From: a virus | Virus record (IMG/VR): IMGVR_UViG_3300010403_000001 | Coordinates: 1 to 64,000 of that record | Reading direction: 5' to 3' (one strand) | Length of the DNA: 64,000 nucleotides | Shown: piece after piece, positions 37,273 to 47,483 of the stretch | How the letters are laid out: every line of letters starts with the position of its first letter | How positions within the stretch are numbered: the first letter of the stretch is position 1 | Translations under genes and position numbers: made by a program | The notes under the pieces: generated by a model | The model's input: the letters and a program-made list of their open reading frames with translations, nothing else | Databases searched by the model: none | Told to the model about the DNA's origin: nothing

Positions 37273-37324
37273 TCCTGTTCCTCCCAGAACAACTAAACAA
37301 CGAACAACGAACAACAAACAACCA

Positions 37325-37645
37325 ATGAAGAAATTGCCAAATACAATAACAGTGACAATACAGGAAATAGACCGGCAGTGCGCTGGGCACTTCCAGTACG
37401 GATCAGGTTGCCTTATCGCAACAGCACTGAAGAGAATGGGGTATAATCACGATACTCCTATTTCAGTCTGCCTGGACTACGTCGAGATCGGCGGGATACG
37501 ATATAATCCCAACAAATCAATCGGGATACGTGCCCTGCATGCAATAAATGGTCGTGATCAGTCTAACATGCTAGCGGATGGAATCCACTACCGAGAGGGA
37601 GTGGTAGGAAAAGTCATTAAACTACAAAAGGAGGTGAAAGTATGA
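37325..37645 (+). CDS. Paralog-family protein
   Basis: CLIATALKRMGY shared with 24237..24536. Confidence 0.65.
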   Translation: MKKLPNTITVTIQEIDRQCAGHFQYGSGCLIATALKRMGYNHDTPISVCLDYVEIGGIRYNPNKSIGIRALHAINGRDQSNMLADGIHYREGVVGKVIKLQKEVKV

Positions 37646-37989
37646 AGGTAACAATACCAGTAAAAAGAAAACACATCGATGGATGTCAAATGAGATCCGT
37701 TAATGATTGCGTTATGGCGCGTGCCATGACCGATGCATTACCGTTGGCAGCCGAGGTTACTGTTGGAGTATCAGCGGCCCATCTATGGGAGATGAATGGT
37801 CGGCTGGAAACTATCCGCCTTCCAGAGGAAGTAAGTGCGTTTATCCACAGGATGGTCTTAACCGTTCCTGAAGGCAGGTACGCGATCGAGGAGCGTAGCT
37901 TCGAAGTCGAGATTCCTGATCAGTTCTGCGCCAAAGAACCAGTCAGGATAGTCCAACCCAAACAGGAGGAAGAGCCAGTACCGGCTTAA
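37642..37989 (+). CDS. Paralog-family protein
   Basis: Tandem paralog of 37993 (MKVTI.V..KHI, LP.EV..FI, AKEPVR..KQEE). Confidence 0.7.
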   Translation: MKVTIPVKRKHIDGCQMRSVNDCVMARAMTDALPLAAEVTVGVSAAHLWEMNGRLETIRLPEEVSAFIHRMVLTVPEGRYAIEERSFEVEIPDQFCAKEPVRIVQPKQEEEPVPA

Positions 37990-37992
37990 AAC

Positions 37993-38349
37993 ATGAAAGT
38001 AACAATAAACGTGAGTAAGAAACATATCAGGGAAGGTGATCCACGATACAGTTCTTGCTGTATCGTTCAGAGGGCAATTAGGGATGCCATACCGTTGGCA
38101 TTAGAAGTTGGTGTTTCAATAGACCACTACGCACTGAGATCTTTCGATGGCGTTTGGACCCGGCTCTATCTTCCAAGAGAGGTAGAGAAATTCATCTGGA
38201 GAACACTTGATTGCCATCTTCCATCAAGATTGAGATGGCTTGTATTAAGTCCATTCTCGTTTGAACTGGATGTGCCTGATGAGTTCGTAGCCAAAGAACC
38301 AGTCAGGCCCGCCAAACAGGAGGAGGTGCTTCAATGTGTTACATCGTAG
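37993..38349 (+). CDS. Paralog-family protein
   Basis: Tandem paralog of 37642. Confidence 0.7.
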   Translation: MKVTINVSKKHIREGDPRYSSCCIVQRAIRDAIPLALEVGVSIDHYALRSFDGVWTRLYLPREVEKFIWRTLDCHLPSRLRWLVLSPFSFELDVPDEFVAKEPVRPAKQEEVLQCVTS

Positions 38350-38568
38350 CATCAGGACCTGGTGGAGCTGGGTATGACTTCCCGGTAGGGAAAATCCCTT
38401 ACAAGTTCGCAAAGGGTAACTGGATGCAAGTAAACAAAGGAACTTACAAGCTTAAATGCTTACATCCAGATGGGAGATCGGATACCTATCTAGTGGGACC
38501 AGGTCAGAGAATAGTGGCTGACGAGGAGGCCACATTTGAGATCCTGGAGCGATATCCAGATGAGGTGC

Positions 38569-40410
38569 CTATGCCGCAACCTCAATCTTCTCCTCCGGAA
38601 CCGAAATCAGTCCCAGCTGAATTGCCCGTATAACCTGGAATTCCTCGCAATCGAGCAAGTGGTCGTCCTGATGCAGTTCTTTCCAGATCTGCTCCCAGCG
38701 ACCAGTACGCTTGCTCTGAACGGCCACCTTCATCCGGCTAGTCATATGTCTCTGGTATTTATCAGAGACATCGATCGAGATATGCCAGATTGGTGGTTGA
38801 TGGAACCTGAGGGAAGAAATTAGGTCCATGGCACCGTTGACCGAAAACTTAATGTACCGGACCCGGTCAAGTGTCCTGGACTCCCAAGCCGTTCCCAAAT
38901 GTGGATCTCGGAGTTGCACTGTCGAGAAAATCCTCTCGATCCGAGTCCCATTTGGGAAACGGTGCCAGAAACTTTTTGTATCACTGCCCCAGATTCCACG
39001 CCAGCCGTGCTCCAGGATAAGCCGGCCGGTCTGGTTCGGTCTGTGAGCAAGGTCGACCAGGACATTCTCTCCGTCGATCTTGTTCTCCTTTTGCAGTTGT
39101 TCCAGATGTTCGACAGATTCGACCTTATCTGCGAATAGCAACCAGCTTTCGCCATTAGGTCGCTCTTTGGAAGGGGCCATCCAACGCCGTACTACGGCCC
39201 AGAAATGGTTTTCTTGAACGTCTATGGTCAAGATAGCCACGGAAGCCTCCGGCACGTCCTGGAGGCGATATGGCTCTGGCCTGATGTCCTCCTGATCGAA
39301 CATCCTTTCTGAATCCCATGTCTCAGCGAGCCATGAATTGATGAAATTCTGGCGTCCAGACAGGATTCCCTTGGCCTTGATCCATTGAGCGGCAATTGCA
39401 CCCAGTGAGGTCTTCCGCCCAAGGATCGAATAGAGGCTTGAGAGGTGATATCCATAATCACCAGCCTCTGCCAGAGTGTTGGTGGCATTCCAGACTCCAG
39501 CGTTTATTATGGATGGACGCTCGAAATCCTGGATCTCGCCGCCACACTCCTGGCAGCGGTAATATGCTTGCTGGGATACCTTATTTAAATCCCACTCCCC
39601 GTCAGTTTTAGCCTCGACGTCACTTTCCCTCCACCACCGTAGTCCACATAATCCGTGGGCTTCGGTTTTAACCCTAAACTTGAGCGTAATGCTCTTAGAA
39701 CACCTCGGACATGGAACCCAAAAATAACGTTGATCAGACTTCAGAAACGCAGGCCAAATCATCCGCTCCGCAGTCGTCGGAGTGGATGCTTTTACAACAA
39801 GCGGGAACGGAAACGTTTTTGTGCGTTCCTCGGCTAGATCCAAAGCAGCCGCTTCGTACTTTGACTGATCTCCGTATTTATCGCATTCGTCCATCACCAA
39901 GATTCCGCATGGAAATGAGGCTAAGTTTGCTGGACTGTTTGAACCGACGAATTTCAAAAACATCGTCAGAAAATGCTGCTCCATGAATGCGAACAGATGG
40001 CGATCGATCTCGTTCTTTGTAGTGCGGGGCAGTAGGCTCCGTGCATATTCACAGGCCTGAACAAATTTCATCCATCGGGCTTTACTGAAGGAATTAGCTA
40101 ATTCCCGGTTTGGGAAAACCCACATCGTATCCTGGGCGTCCCGAACCAATCGGTAAAGCATACCAATGATGGTGAGAGTGGTTTTCGCGGACTGTGACGC
40201 GAAACAGAGGGTCAGACTCTTCGTCCGACGATCCCCGAAGCGTTCGAGGATCTCCCGACCATATGGAGTCATCTTTAGGTTTAGCCGGCCTCGTATGGCT
40301 CCGGTCGGGACCTCTACATTCTTTTCAGCCCAGCTGCATACGGATTCCTTAGTCGGCGGCTTTAAGATCCGGAACAGGAAACTCCGGAATAGCGCTTGTG
40401 TGTCAGGCAT
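38569..40410 (-). CDS. Terminase large subunit (lambda gpA family)
   Basis: TPYGREI, ASQSAKT, MDECDKY, KASTPT, SDQRYFWVPCPRC, GYHLSSLYS, TIDVQ, DHLLDCE. Confidence 0.95.
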   Translation of the reverse strand: MPDTQALFRSFLFRILKPPTKESVCSWAEKNVEVPTGAIRGRLNLKMTPYGREILERFGDRRTKSLTLCFASQSAKTTLTIIGMLYRLVRDAQDTMWVFPNRELANSFSKARWMKFVQACEYARSLLPRTTKNEIDRHLFAFMEQHFLTMFLKFVGSNSPANLASFPCGILVMDECDKYGDQSKYEAAALDLAEERTKTFPFPLVVKASTPTTAERMIWPAFLKSDQRYFWVPCPRCSKSITLKFRVKTEAHGLCGLRWWRESDVEAKTDGEWDLNKVSQQAYYRCQECGGEIQDFERPSIINAGVWNATNTLAEAGDYGYHLSSLYSILGRKTSLGAIAAQWIKAKGILSGRQNFINSWLAETWDSERMFDQEDIRPEPYRLQDVPEASVAILTIDVQENHFWAVVRRWMAPSKERPNGESWLLFADKVESVEHLEQLQKENKIDGENVLVDLAHRPNQTGRLILEHGWRGIWGSDTKSFWHRFPNGTRIERIFSTVQLRDPHLGTAWESRTLDRVRYIKFSVNGAMDLISSLRFHQPPIWHISIDVSDKYQRHMTSRMKVAVQSKRTGRWEQIWKELHQDDHLLDCEEFQVIRAIQLGLISVPEEKIEVAA

Positions 40411-41024
40411 CAGGCAAATGCCTTCTGGGCATCCTCAATGATGGCTGCACATTCTTGCTCCAGGATATCCAGTGCCCAGGCTGGATCTGTAGGGTTGAGT
40501 TTAGCGCTTATGTTCTGAGGAAGAGCGTTAAGTCGTTGAAGGATAATCTCGTATCCCTTCCTGGCTTCAGCCTGGGCTTCGGTTAATGGGATCAGTACCT
40601 TCTGCCTCTCTTGTTCCTCACGGATCATGGATTCGGCTTTCACATTGGCTTCGACCGATCGTGTGTAAAGCGAAAGCCATGCACCGATCTTTTGTGCTTT
40701 CCCCTCAACCAATGCTTCTCGTAAAAGTCTCCAGGCTTGCCGAACAGCTTCTTTGGAACCGAGTAGCATATCATCCCCGATGTCCTCAAGGATATGACCA
40801 TTTGGTCCTGTTTTGGCAGGTCGTGAATCATCACTGTAATCCCGGGAACCGGGTGGACCTGAATGACTCGAACGCTGTCGACGGGCTTCGCGCCACATCC
40901 TGGCGTGCTCCAGGGAATCTGTTGGGCAGCCCTTCTTTACCTGGGTGTGGACGTACTGAGGCGTGCAGCCCCAGTCACGAGCGATATCGGACTTCTTGAC
41001 CATTCGGGTAGGTTCGGATACCAA
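40410..41024 (-). CDS. Terminase small subunit
   Basis: N-terminal HTH (KSDIARDWGCTPQYVH..KKGCP); coupled to the large subunit. Confidence 0.8.
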   Translation of the reverse strand: MVSEPTRMVKKSDIARDWGCTPQYVHTQVKKGCPTDSLEHARMWREARRQRSSHSGPPGSRDYSDDSRPAKTGPNGHILEDIGDDMLLGSKEAVRQAWRLLREALVEGKAQKIGAWLSLYTRSVEANVKAESMIREEQERQKVLIPLTEAQAEARKGYEIILQRLNALPQNISAKLNPTDPAWALDILEQECAAIIEDAQKAFA

Positions 41025-41062
41025 GATAGTAAATTGTCAATACAACAACAAGAAAGGAAACT

Positions 41063-41371
41063 ATGAAACCTGAAGCTCAACGAATAGCAATAGCCGAAGC
41101 GTGCGGATGGAAGCGCAGTATTGATGCTGATCTTCCAACCGGACAAATGTTGGCTGATTTCCTAGATGCTACATTTCCCGATTACCTGAACGACCTCAAC
41201 GCCATGCATGAAGCAGAGAAGGTGCTAACCGAGGAACAAATAGAAACTTACTGCGTGCTACTGTTCGATGTAACTGGTGGTCCGGCCTGGAAAGTAATAC
41301 TCTCCACATCCGCCCAACGGGCAGAAGCCTTCCTGCGAACCTTGGGTCTCTGGGTAGAAGAGACTACATAG
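41063..41371 (+). CDS. Phage protein (PDYLNDLNAMHEAE family)
   Basis: IAIAEACGW...PDYLNDLNAMHEAE...TSAQRAEAFLRT. Confidence 0.65.
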   Translation: MKPEAQRIAIAEACGWKRSIDADLPTGQMLADFLDATFPDYLNDLNAMHEAEKVLTEEQIETYCVLLFDVTGGPAWKVILSTSAQRAEAFLRTLGLWVEETT

Positions 41372-41599
41372 GCGAAACAACGAGCTTCCCTGCTACTGCA
41401 CCCAGGCGCAGGTCGCGTCCACATTTGTAATACAATAGTAAACTGCCGTTGTTTGGACCCGGACGCAATACATGTCGTCCGAGGCAATGTGGGCATGAAA
41501 TCACATGTCCTACTTCAACAACGGGCTCCAGCTGTGGAAGTTCAAGAATGGTTTCCATGGCGGAACATTTACACAACAAACAAGAAAGGTAAAAATGAA

Positions 41600-41884
41600 A
41601 TGAATAGAGAAAATCCGCCGGCATTTCCACGGCCGGCAAGTACATATGAAGTAAACAGGCTCATTGCCTGCCCACCACAGGACGGGATAACCATGCATGA
41701 TCTCTGTGCTATTGCAGCACTACAGGGTATGTGCGCTAATCCAGAACATGATGCCAATTGGCCCGGCACGGCCTATATGGCTTTTAATGCAGCTGACGCC
41801 ATGATGGATGAGAGAAACAAGAGAATTCACGAAAAACAAACCAGAAAGGAAAAACAAAATGAAAGTACTAGTACCAGGACATAA
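41600..41884 (+). CDS. Phage protein (PAFP...GxTxxD..A..A.QG family)
   Basis: PPAFP...GITMHDLCAIAALQG...AFNAADAMMDER. Confidence 0.65.
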   Translation: MNRENPPAFPRPASTYEVNRLIACPPQDGITMHDLCAIAALQGMCANPEHDANWPGTAYMAFNAADAMMDERNKRIHEKQTRKEKQNESTSTRT

Positions 41885-42155
41885 ATATCAGTTGGACATG
41901 ATGGAGGGCGGATATCTCATCGTCCAGTTCATCCAGAAAGAAGAGAAGGATGGGAAATTCGTAACCGTGCACAACGGCACGACCAATGAGGAAGTGCTGG
42001 AGATGCTGATCGATCGGATAATGTTTCTCGATCAGAAGTTGCCCAGTGAGAATAATATGAGGGCGCTGGAACGATTAATCACAGCTCTTCATTATTTACG
42101 GCAAAGAACGCAAGAGCGAAAAGAACGTGGGGTAGAAGGGACGCCAAAACCATGA
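41859..42155 (+). CDS. Tad1-like anti-defence nucleotide sponge
   Basis: GHKYQL..VQFIQK..NGTTNEEVLEMLIDRI...ENNMRAL...AL..L.QRTQER..RGVEGT resembles the recalled Tad1 pattern. Confidence 0.6.
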   Translation: MKVLVPGHKYQLDMMEGGYLIVQFIQKEEKDGKFVTVHNGTTNEEVLEMLIDRIMFLDQKLPSENNMRALERLITALHYLRQRTQERKERGVEGTPKP

Positions 42156-42353
42156 AGTATCGACTCGTAAGGGAGGAGCACATCAACGGCAATGTTTACT
42201 GGCACACAGAGAGACAGATTCTCTGGATGTGGTGGATCGTTAGCTGGAGCTTGTCTGCTAGATACGAGACAGCTTATAAGACATTCAACGACCTGGTAGC
42301 CGGTAGGCTACCATCAAGAAAGATATTGGAGGTAAAAACAAGAAAGGATTAAT

Positions 42354-43274
42354 ATGGAAAACAAAACACCACAATGCACTTGTGACACTCATAAGACCTG
42401 CCAAATCCACAATCCGTTGACTGATAACATGCCATCGCAGACGACAGCTACGGAGGACGAAAAGTATCGCTCAAGCTGTGGATGCCTTGTAACCGATACA
42501 AAAGTGGAACTGTGCGGTCAACATTCCGGCAAGCCGCCAGCTACGGAGCAGGAGTGGACTGACGTTGATAACAAAATCGAAGCACTTTGCGAGAAAACCG
42601 ACAAGGCGATGCCTCAATGGTTTCGTAAGAAACTAAAGGACATTTTCAACGCCGCACTCGTCGCCCAAAAGAAATACTATGAGACAGTGCGCTATCGGTC
42701 GCTCATTGAGCACGAAGCCAAGCTGGCAGATGAACTCGCAACCTTGCGTCAAGAACTCTACGAAACGAGAAAGGAAATCGCGTTTTGGGCAGGGGAAGGT
42801 CAATCGGATCGGCCTGAGATTATCGAGTGGAGAAAGTTAGCAGAAATCAAACGTCCAACCAAGGCTCAAATTAAACGAATGGGAGAGATTGCGAGACAAA
42901 TTGAGGCTGAAGATATGGACTTGCCGGAGTTGCAAGCCGCGCTCTCCGCCGAGCGGGAAAAGGTTACGATTCTACTAGATCGTGCAGCTATAGTTGAACA
43001 GCAACTCGCCGCCGAGCGAGAGAATAGCACCGAAGCAAGAGCGCAACGCGATTGGTTGATAAAAGAGTGCGCTCGTATTGGCGTGACAGTCAACGTTGCA
43101 ATCGGGGCTCCAAACACAGAAGCATACCGACTGGTCAACGAAGCGCGAAAGCCGCTGGTGGACTTGCTCGCAAGAGTGAAGCCGTTTATCCGAGCGCAAT
43201 CACTCGATAAGATAGACCAAGCGAAGGCGATCATGCGAGAAGTCAACGACGCGCTGGCGAAGGTGAAGCCATGA
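42354..43274 (+). CDS. Hypothetical coiled-coil protein with Cys-rich N-terminus
   Basis: 306 aa. Confidence 0.55.
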   Translation: MENKTPQCTCDTHKTCQIHNPLTDNMPSQTTATEDEKYRSSCGCLVTDTKVELCGQHSGKPPATEQEWTDVDNKIEALCEKTDKAMPQWFRKKLKDIFNAALVAQKKYYETVRYRSLIEHEAKLADELATLRQELYETRKEIAFWAGEGQSDRPEIIEWRKLAEIKRPTKAQIKRMGEIARQIEAEDMDLPELQAALSAEREKVTILLDRAAIVEQQLAAERENSTEARAQRDWLIKECARIGVTVNVAIGAPNTEAYRLVNEARKPLVDLLARVKPFIRAQSLDKIDQAKAIMREVNDALAKVKP

Positions 43275-43431
43275 AAAACGAACCACAGCGAAAGATATGC
43301 AGATGTGGACATCACCAACTGGCGCACACGTCCGGAACTCAATGTTGCCATGTCAGAAAGTGCTTTTGCACTAAGTTTCGACCCAAAAGTGGCGCGAAGT
43401 CTAATCTCGATGCGAAACTAAAGGAAAACAA

Positions 43432-44157
43432 ATGAAAACAGAAACAAAAACCAAAAAAGAAGAAAAACCAAATAAACTAGAGAAACTGGTGCTCGATATC
43501 ACGGCACCATTCAAAATGAATCAGGAGATCGAATTACAGCAATTAGCTGTATTCGTTGGCGCTAATAGCTCAGGCAAATCGTTCATGCTCAAAGTGGCTT
43601 ATGCCCTGGGGGCTGTTGGCGTGATGCGGACTGCGCCTCCGAGTCCAAATAGTGCGGCTCAATTCGTATTCGATAACACGTTTACTGAGCAAAACTTCAA
43701 TGGTGTGTTCAGATCTGTCTACACCAAGGGATACGTAATGGTAGAACTTAAGGACGGGAAGGTGATCAGTAGTGGAGTGGCCGGAGAAATCACACCTGTA
43801 ACCTACATGTCGGCTGATATGCGTCTTTTCGACAATATGGTCACCTATCTGCGGTTACGCAAAAAAGCCAGCAAAGAACCATTGGAATTTATGAAGACGA
43901 TGTTGGAAGCGTATCGGCTTTATAATTTCTCCTTCATGGAGTCGTTCCTGGTTCGATTGCCGTTAATCATCCCGGATTCAGCTAAAAGCTATCTGGACGG
44001 GTTTGACTTTCCGGACCAGATCGCTTCGATCGAGGTCGATAAAGACAAATGCGAATTCACGGCCGTGCTAAAGGATGGGAAAAAGAAGAATATCTCTACC
44101 TACGGCGCTGGGCACCAGGCGGTGCTCAGTATGCTTATTGGAGGATTGGGGGCATGA
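43432..44157 (+). CDS. Truncated ABC/AAA_15-type ATPase
   Basis: VFVGANSSGKS Walker A; ends soon after signature-like YGAGHQ, with no Walker B. Confidence 0.6.
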   Translation: MKTETKTKKEEKPNKLEKLVLDITAPFKMNQEIELQQLAVFVGANSSGKSFMLKVAYALGAVGVMRTAPPSPNSAAQFVFDNTFTEQNFNGVFRSVYTKGYVMVELKDGKVISSGVAGEITPVTYMSADMRLFDNMVTYLRLRKKASKEPLEFMKTMLEAYRLYNFSFMESFLVRLPLIIPDSAKSYLDGFDFPDQIASIEVDKDKCEFTAVLKDGKKKNISTYGAGHQAVLSMLIGGLGA

Positions 44158-44344
44158 CCCCTAGGGTTTACGGAGAGCCGGATTGGAGCGACAGGAATCC
44201 AGGCTGTCACACCCACGCCAGTGGATTTGGTTATGTACCTTGGCCTAATCCTGCAGACAAAGAAATCGATAAGATGTGGGCTGAGGAATTGGATCAAGCA
44301 AGAATTGCACTGCTCTCAGTATTAAAACAGAAAAAGGAGGAAAC

Positions 44345-44572
44345 ATGTTCACAGTCGAAATTAGAATCAATGGATCGCTGATAATCCATATCTACGGCCG
44401 TAATTACGGTAAATCGCCAAAAGGCGGATCTGAGTACGAATACGGGTATGAGTATTATTCCCCGGAACTTCATAAGGTCGTGAAGGGCATAATCCTGCAT
44501 GACCGTGAAGCTGGCATTAATCCACTAATCGGCAAGATATTGGAGGATGCGAAGAAGAAGGAGGCAAAATGA
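44345..44572 (+). CDS. Hypothetical protein
   Basis: AAGGAGG SD. Confidence 0.55.
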   Translation: MFTVEIRINGSLIIHIYGRNYGKSPKGGSEYEYGYEYYSPELHKVVKGIILHDREAGINPLIGKILEDAKKKEAK

Positions 44573-44784
44573 GCGAACAATCTATTACCTGCCCGAAATG
44601 CGGGATGACGAGTCATCACCCACAAGATGTCCTGGAGAAATACTGTGGCAATTGCCATCAGTTCCACTCTGATATGCTGGATGAGGTTGATCCCGTGGTG
44701 ATGATCCGCACGCAGTTCACTCAGTCAGGAAAAGTAGAGAAACATGAAATCAGGGCATCAGATATCAGAAAGGAGGCAAAATGA
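44569..44784 (+). CDS. Small zinc-ribbon protein
   Basis: CPKCGMTSHH..YCGNCH. Confidence 0.6.
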   Translation: MSEQSITCPKCGMTSHHPQDVLEKYCGNCHQFHSDMLDEVDPVVMIRTQFTQSGKVEKHEIRASDIRKEAK

Positions 44785-45119
44785 GCGAAATCATCTATTA
44801 CAAGCCCGGTCCCAAGTTTGAACATATCTGCGTTGCGGATGCCGTCATTAATGGCCAGCTGGTAGCCATTCCCGCCCTAAAGATACCGGAAGTGGAGGGA
44901 TTAACCCTGATCAAGGATCTGAATCAGAAAATCAAGATTGCACGGGAGGCATTGGAGTTTTACGCCGATCCTGAGAATTATCACGCAATCCTCATTCTGC
45001 CTGATAGGCCGAGTGGGGCGTTCGCTGATGATTTCTCAGATCACGGACACCCTGATTACGATAGGCAGATGCCCGGGAAGACAGCCCGTGAGGCATTGGA
45101 GAAATTAGCAAAACTTTAA
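44781..45119 (+). CDS. Hypothetical protein
   Basis: REALEFYAD..NY...GKTAREALE. Confidence 0.6.
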   Translation: MSEIIYYKPGPKFEHICVADAVINGQLVAIPALKIPEVEGLTLIKDLNQKIKIAREALEFYADPENYHAILILPDRPSGAFADDFSDHGHPDYDRQMPGKTAREALEKLAKL

Positions 45120-45338
45120 ACCTAACATTCTGAGGCATCTACGGACGCTTCAGCTACCCTACGGGAGGGAACCTCAACGCGCTGTGACGCAAAGAGATTC
45201 CTTCTCCACCACCAGGAAAAGGAGTCTCTTTATTAATATGAAGAACATAATCAAATGGTGCATAGCGCTATGCATTGGTTGGCCATTGGCCATGCTAATG
45301 CTGTGGTGTGAGAGGCGTGCATTACGTAAACAACAACG

Positions 45339-45540
45339 GGATATCAACTAGATATGAAGATTCAATACCAATACGAGTGCGGTGATAGAGTGCAATACCA
45401 GGTGCTTAGTGATCATTGGCATGTGGGCACTGTGACCTATGTGGCAGGCTACTATGTGGTCATTGATGATCATATAGTGAGGAATAGTGATGAGATTAAG
45501 CCAGTGGAGTAATAAAGAACAGGATATCAACTAGATATGA
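45339..45540 (+). repeat. 19-bp direct repeat GGATATCAACTAGATATGA flanking a 52-aa ORF
   Basis: Copies at 45339-45357 and 45522-45540, each containing a start ATG. Confidence 0.8.
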
Positions 45541-46145
45541 CAACAATCGAATGCATCAAATTTGCATTAACCATATGGGGATGGGTGCACTATATCATGG
45601 CGGCGTGCTATATCTTCATGTGTCAGCCGTATGAGGGCATAGTGCTCATCTGTGTGGGCTTCATATGGATAATGCTTGGGGCACCATACTGTAAGCTCAT
45701 TGATTGGGTATTTAGACGCATATGAATGCACCAATGCATAGCGAGCAAGGCGCAAGGGATTGGGCCTCGATAGTGTACGGCTGGACATTGCATGAGTGTA
45801 GTGGCGTTTGTCTCTCATCGCTTCCCCCATTGAGATCTGATCACATTGCTCTCAAGCTATGCAAATTCAGGATGAAGCCATATGCCCTATGCTATGGAGG
45901 GTGTGGAGGCCATGGCATTGGGTATGAGTGGCTTGGGATAAGACTAGAAATCGGTATTAATCAACAATGAACATCAAAATAGATGAGCGTGAGCTTGGAA
46001 CCATACTGGCAGGACTTAGATTGTGGCAAGAATACCTGCAATCCAAAGAGTTCAGTCCTGACCATATGGATATCGCTACCAATATTGGAATGTTTGAGCC
46101 ATTGAGTCCAGATGAGATCGATGAGCTCTGTGAAAGAATTAACCA

Positions 46146-46481
46146 ATGAAACACGAAAACTACATCAAATTAGATCAATGCAAAAAGGGCTACCTGTATA
46201 GGATCGATAGTCGTAATCTCAGTATCGGTGCCTATGATGGTAAGGAGGGCTTTGTTGGGATCAGAGAGAAATTCGGTAATCGCTATTTGTTTACTGAATA
46301 TCACTACGATCAAGGAGCGCCATTTGGCACAGTCTTTCCATTAGAGGAAATAGGCCCATTACCAGATAACCTTGTGATCTGTGATTGGCTTACTAATCCA
46401 GACACAGAAGATAAGCTATTAAAGAATACACCACTCTTTGATTATCTGGATGCATGGATGAAACAACACATCAAACAATGA
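46146..46481 (+). CDS. Hypothetical protein
   Basis: 111 aa. Confidence 0.6.
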   Translation: MKHENYIKLDQCKKGYLYRIDSRNLSIGAYDGKEGFVGIREKFGNRYLFTEYHYDQGAPFGTVFPLEEIGPLPDNLVICDWLTNPDTEDKLLKNTPLFDYLDAWMKQHIKQ

Positions 46482-46945
46482 AAGAACCAATATACGGCAT
46501 GATGCATGATGGCGTGGTCTGTACATGCACAGAGTGTGCAGAGCGAAGTACTTTTTGGCATGCAAGGATAAGGCTATTAGTCGCGCTGCGCCATCTTATG
46601 AGGCGCATAGATCAAATGGAAAGCGGAGCATACATATGAAACAACAACGTGAATTCGTCCCAGTCTTATATTGTGATGCCATGCGATATTTCGACTGGGA
46701 TAAGGAGCGTATCAAAAAGGAATATACGGGCAATGAACAACTGTTCATCACAGATGCACCAAATGGACGGCTGGATCTACTGTATCAAAAAACACCAACA
46801 ACACTTGGATATTTAACCACAAAATGAAAGAACTAATAATAGCATCGCTATTTGAAACCCACCCAATACTAGCAGCGCTACTCTTGGGCGCATATGGAGC
46901 ATTCTGCTTCATTATGGGTACGATAGCCAAGCGCAAATAAAAACT

Positions 46946-47170
46946 ATGAAACCAAAACTAGACATATGGACAGTCTACGAGCGGCCTACAGATTACCCTG
47001 AAGGATTTGTAGTCAGGCTGTATGTAGTTTGTGATGGGCAATCAAACCCCACTGATACAGTGTTCTTTGGGCCAACCATTGAGAGCGTTCGTGAGCATAT
47101 ACCAAAGGGGCTTTACCGAATGGATCGATGTCCACTCGATGAGCCACAAATTGTGGAGGTATGGCTATGA
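46946..47170 (+). CDS. Small phage protein (W.VY..P.DYP..FVVR)
   Basis: 74 aa. Confidence 0.6.
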   Translation: MKPKLDIWTVYERPTDYPEGFVVRLYVVCDGQSNPTDTVFFGPTIESVREHIPKGLYRMDRCPLDEPQIVEVWL

Positions 47171-47483
47171 AACAAGATCCAAATAAACAACAACATCACA
47201 CATTTGGTAGTAGCGCTGCCGCTAAAAGGCTTAAGCAAGAAATAGATAATGGAGCAAACTACAGATCGGCAGTTCGAATCCTAAATAAAGGGCAGGCATA
47301 TATCAATGTGCTGCTTAGCGCGTTTGTGGATAAGGAAGATGGACGATACTTTCTGCAACTACTGCACAAGGACATCTTAGCTAAGATAGACCAGACAGGG
47401 TCTGATGCCATTGTGAAAAGTTTATGCAGGAACGTATTTACTGCTAAGTACCGGTTGATGCTGAAACTCAATACGTTTAAACC

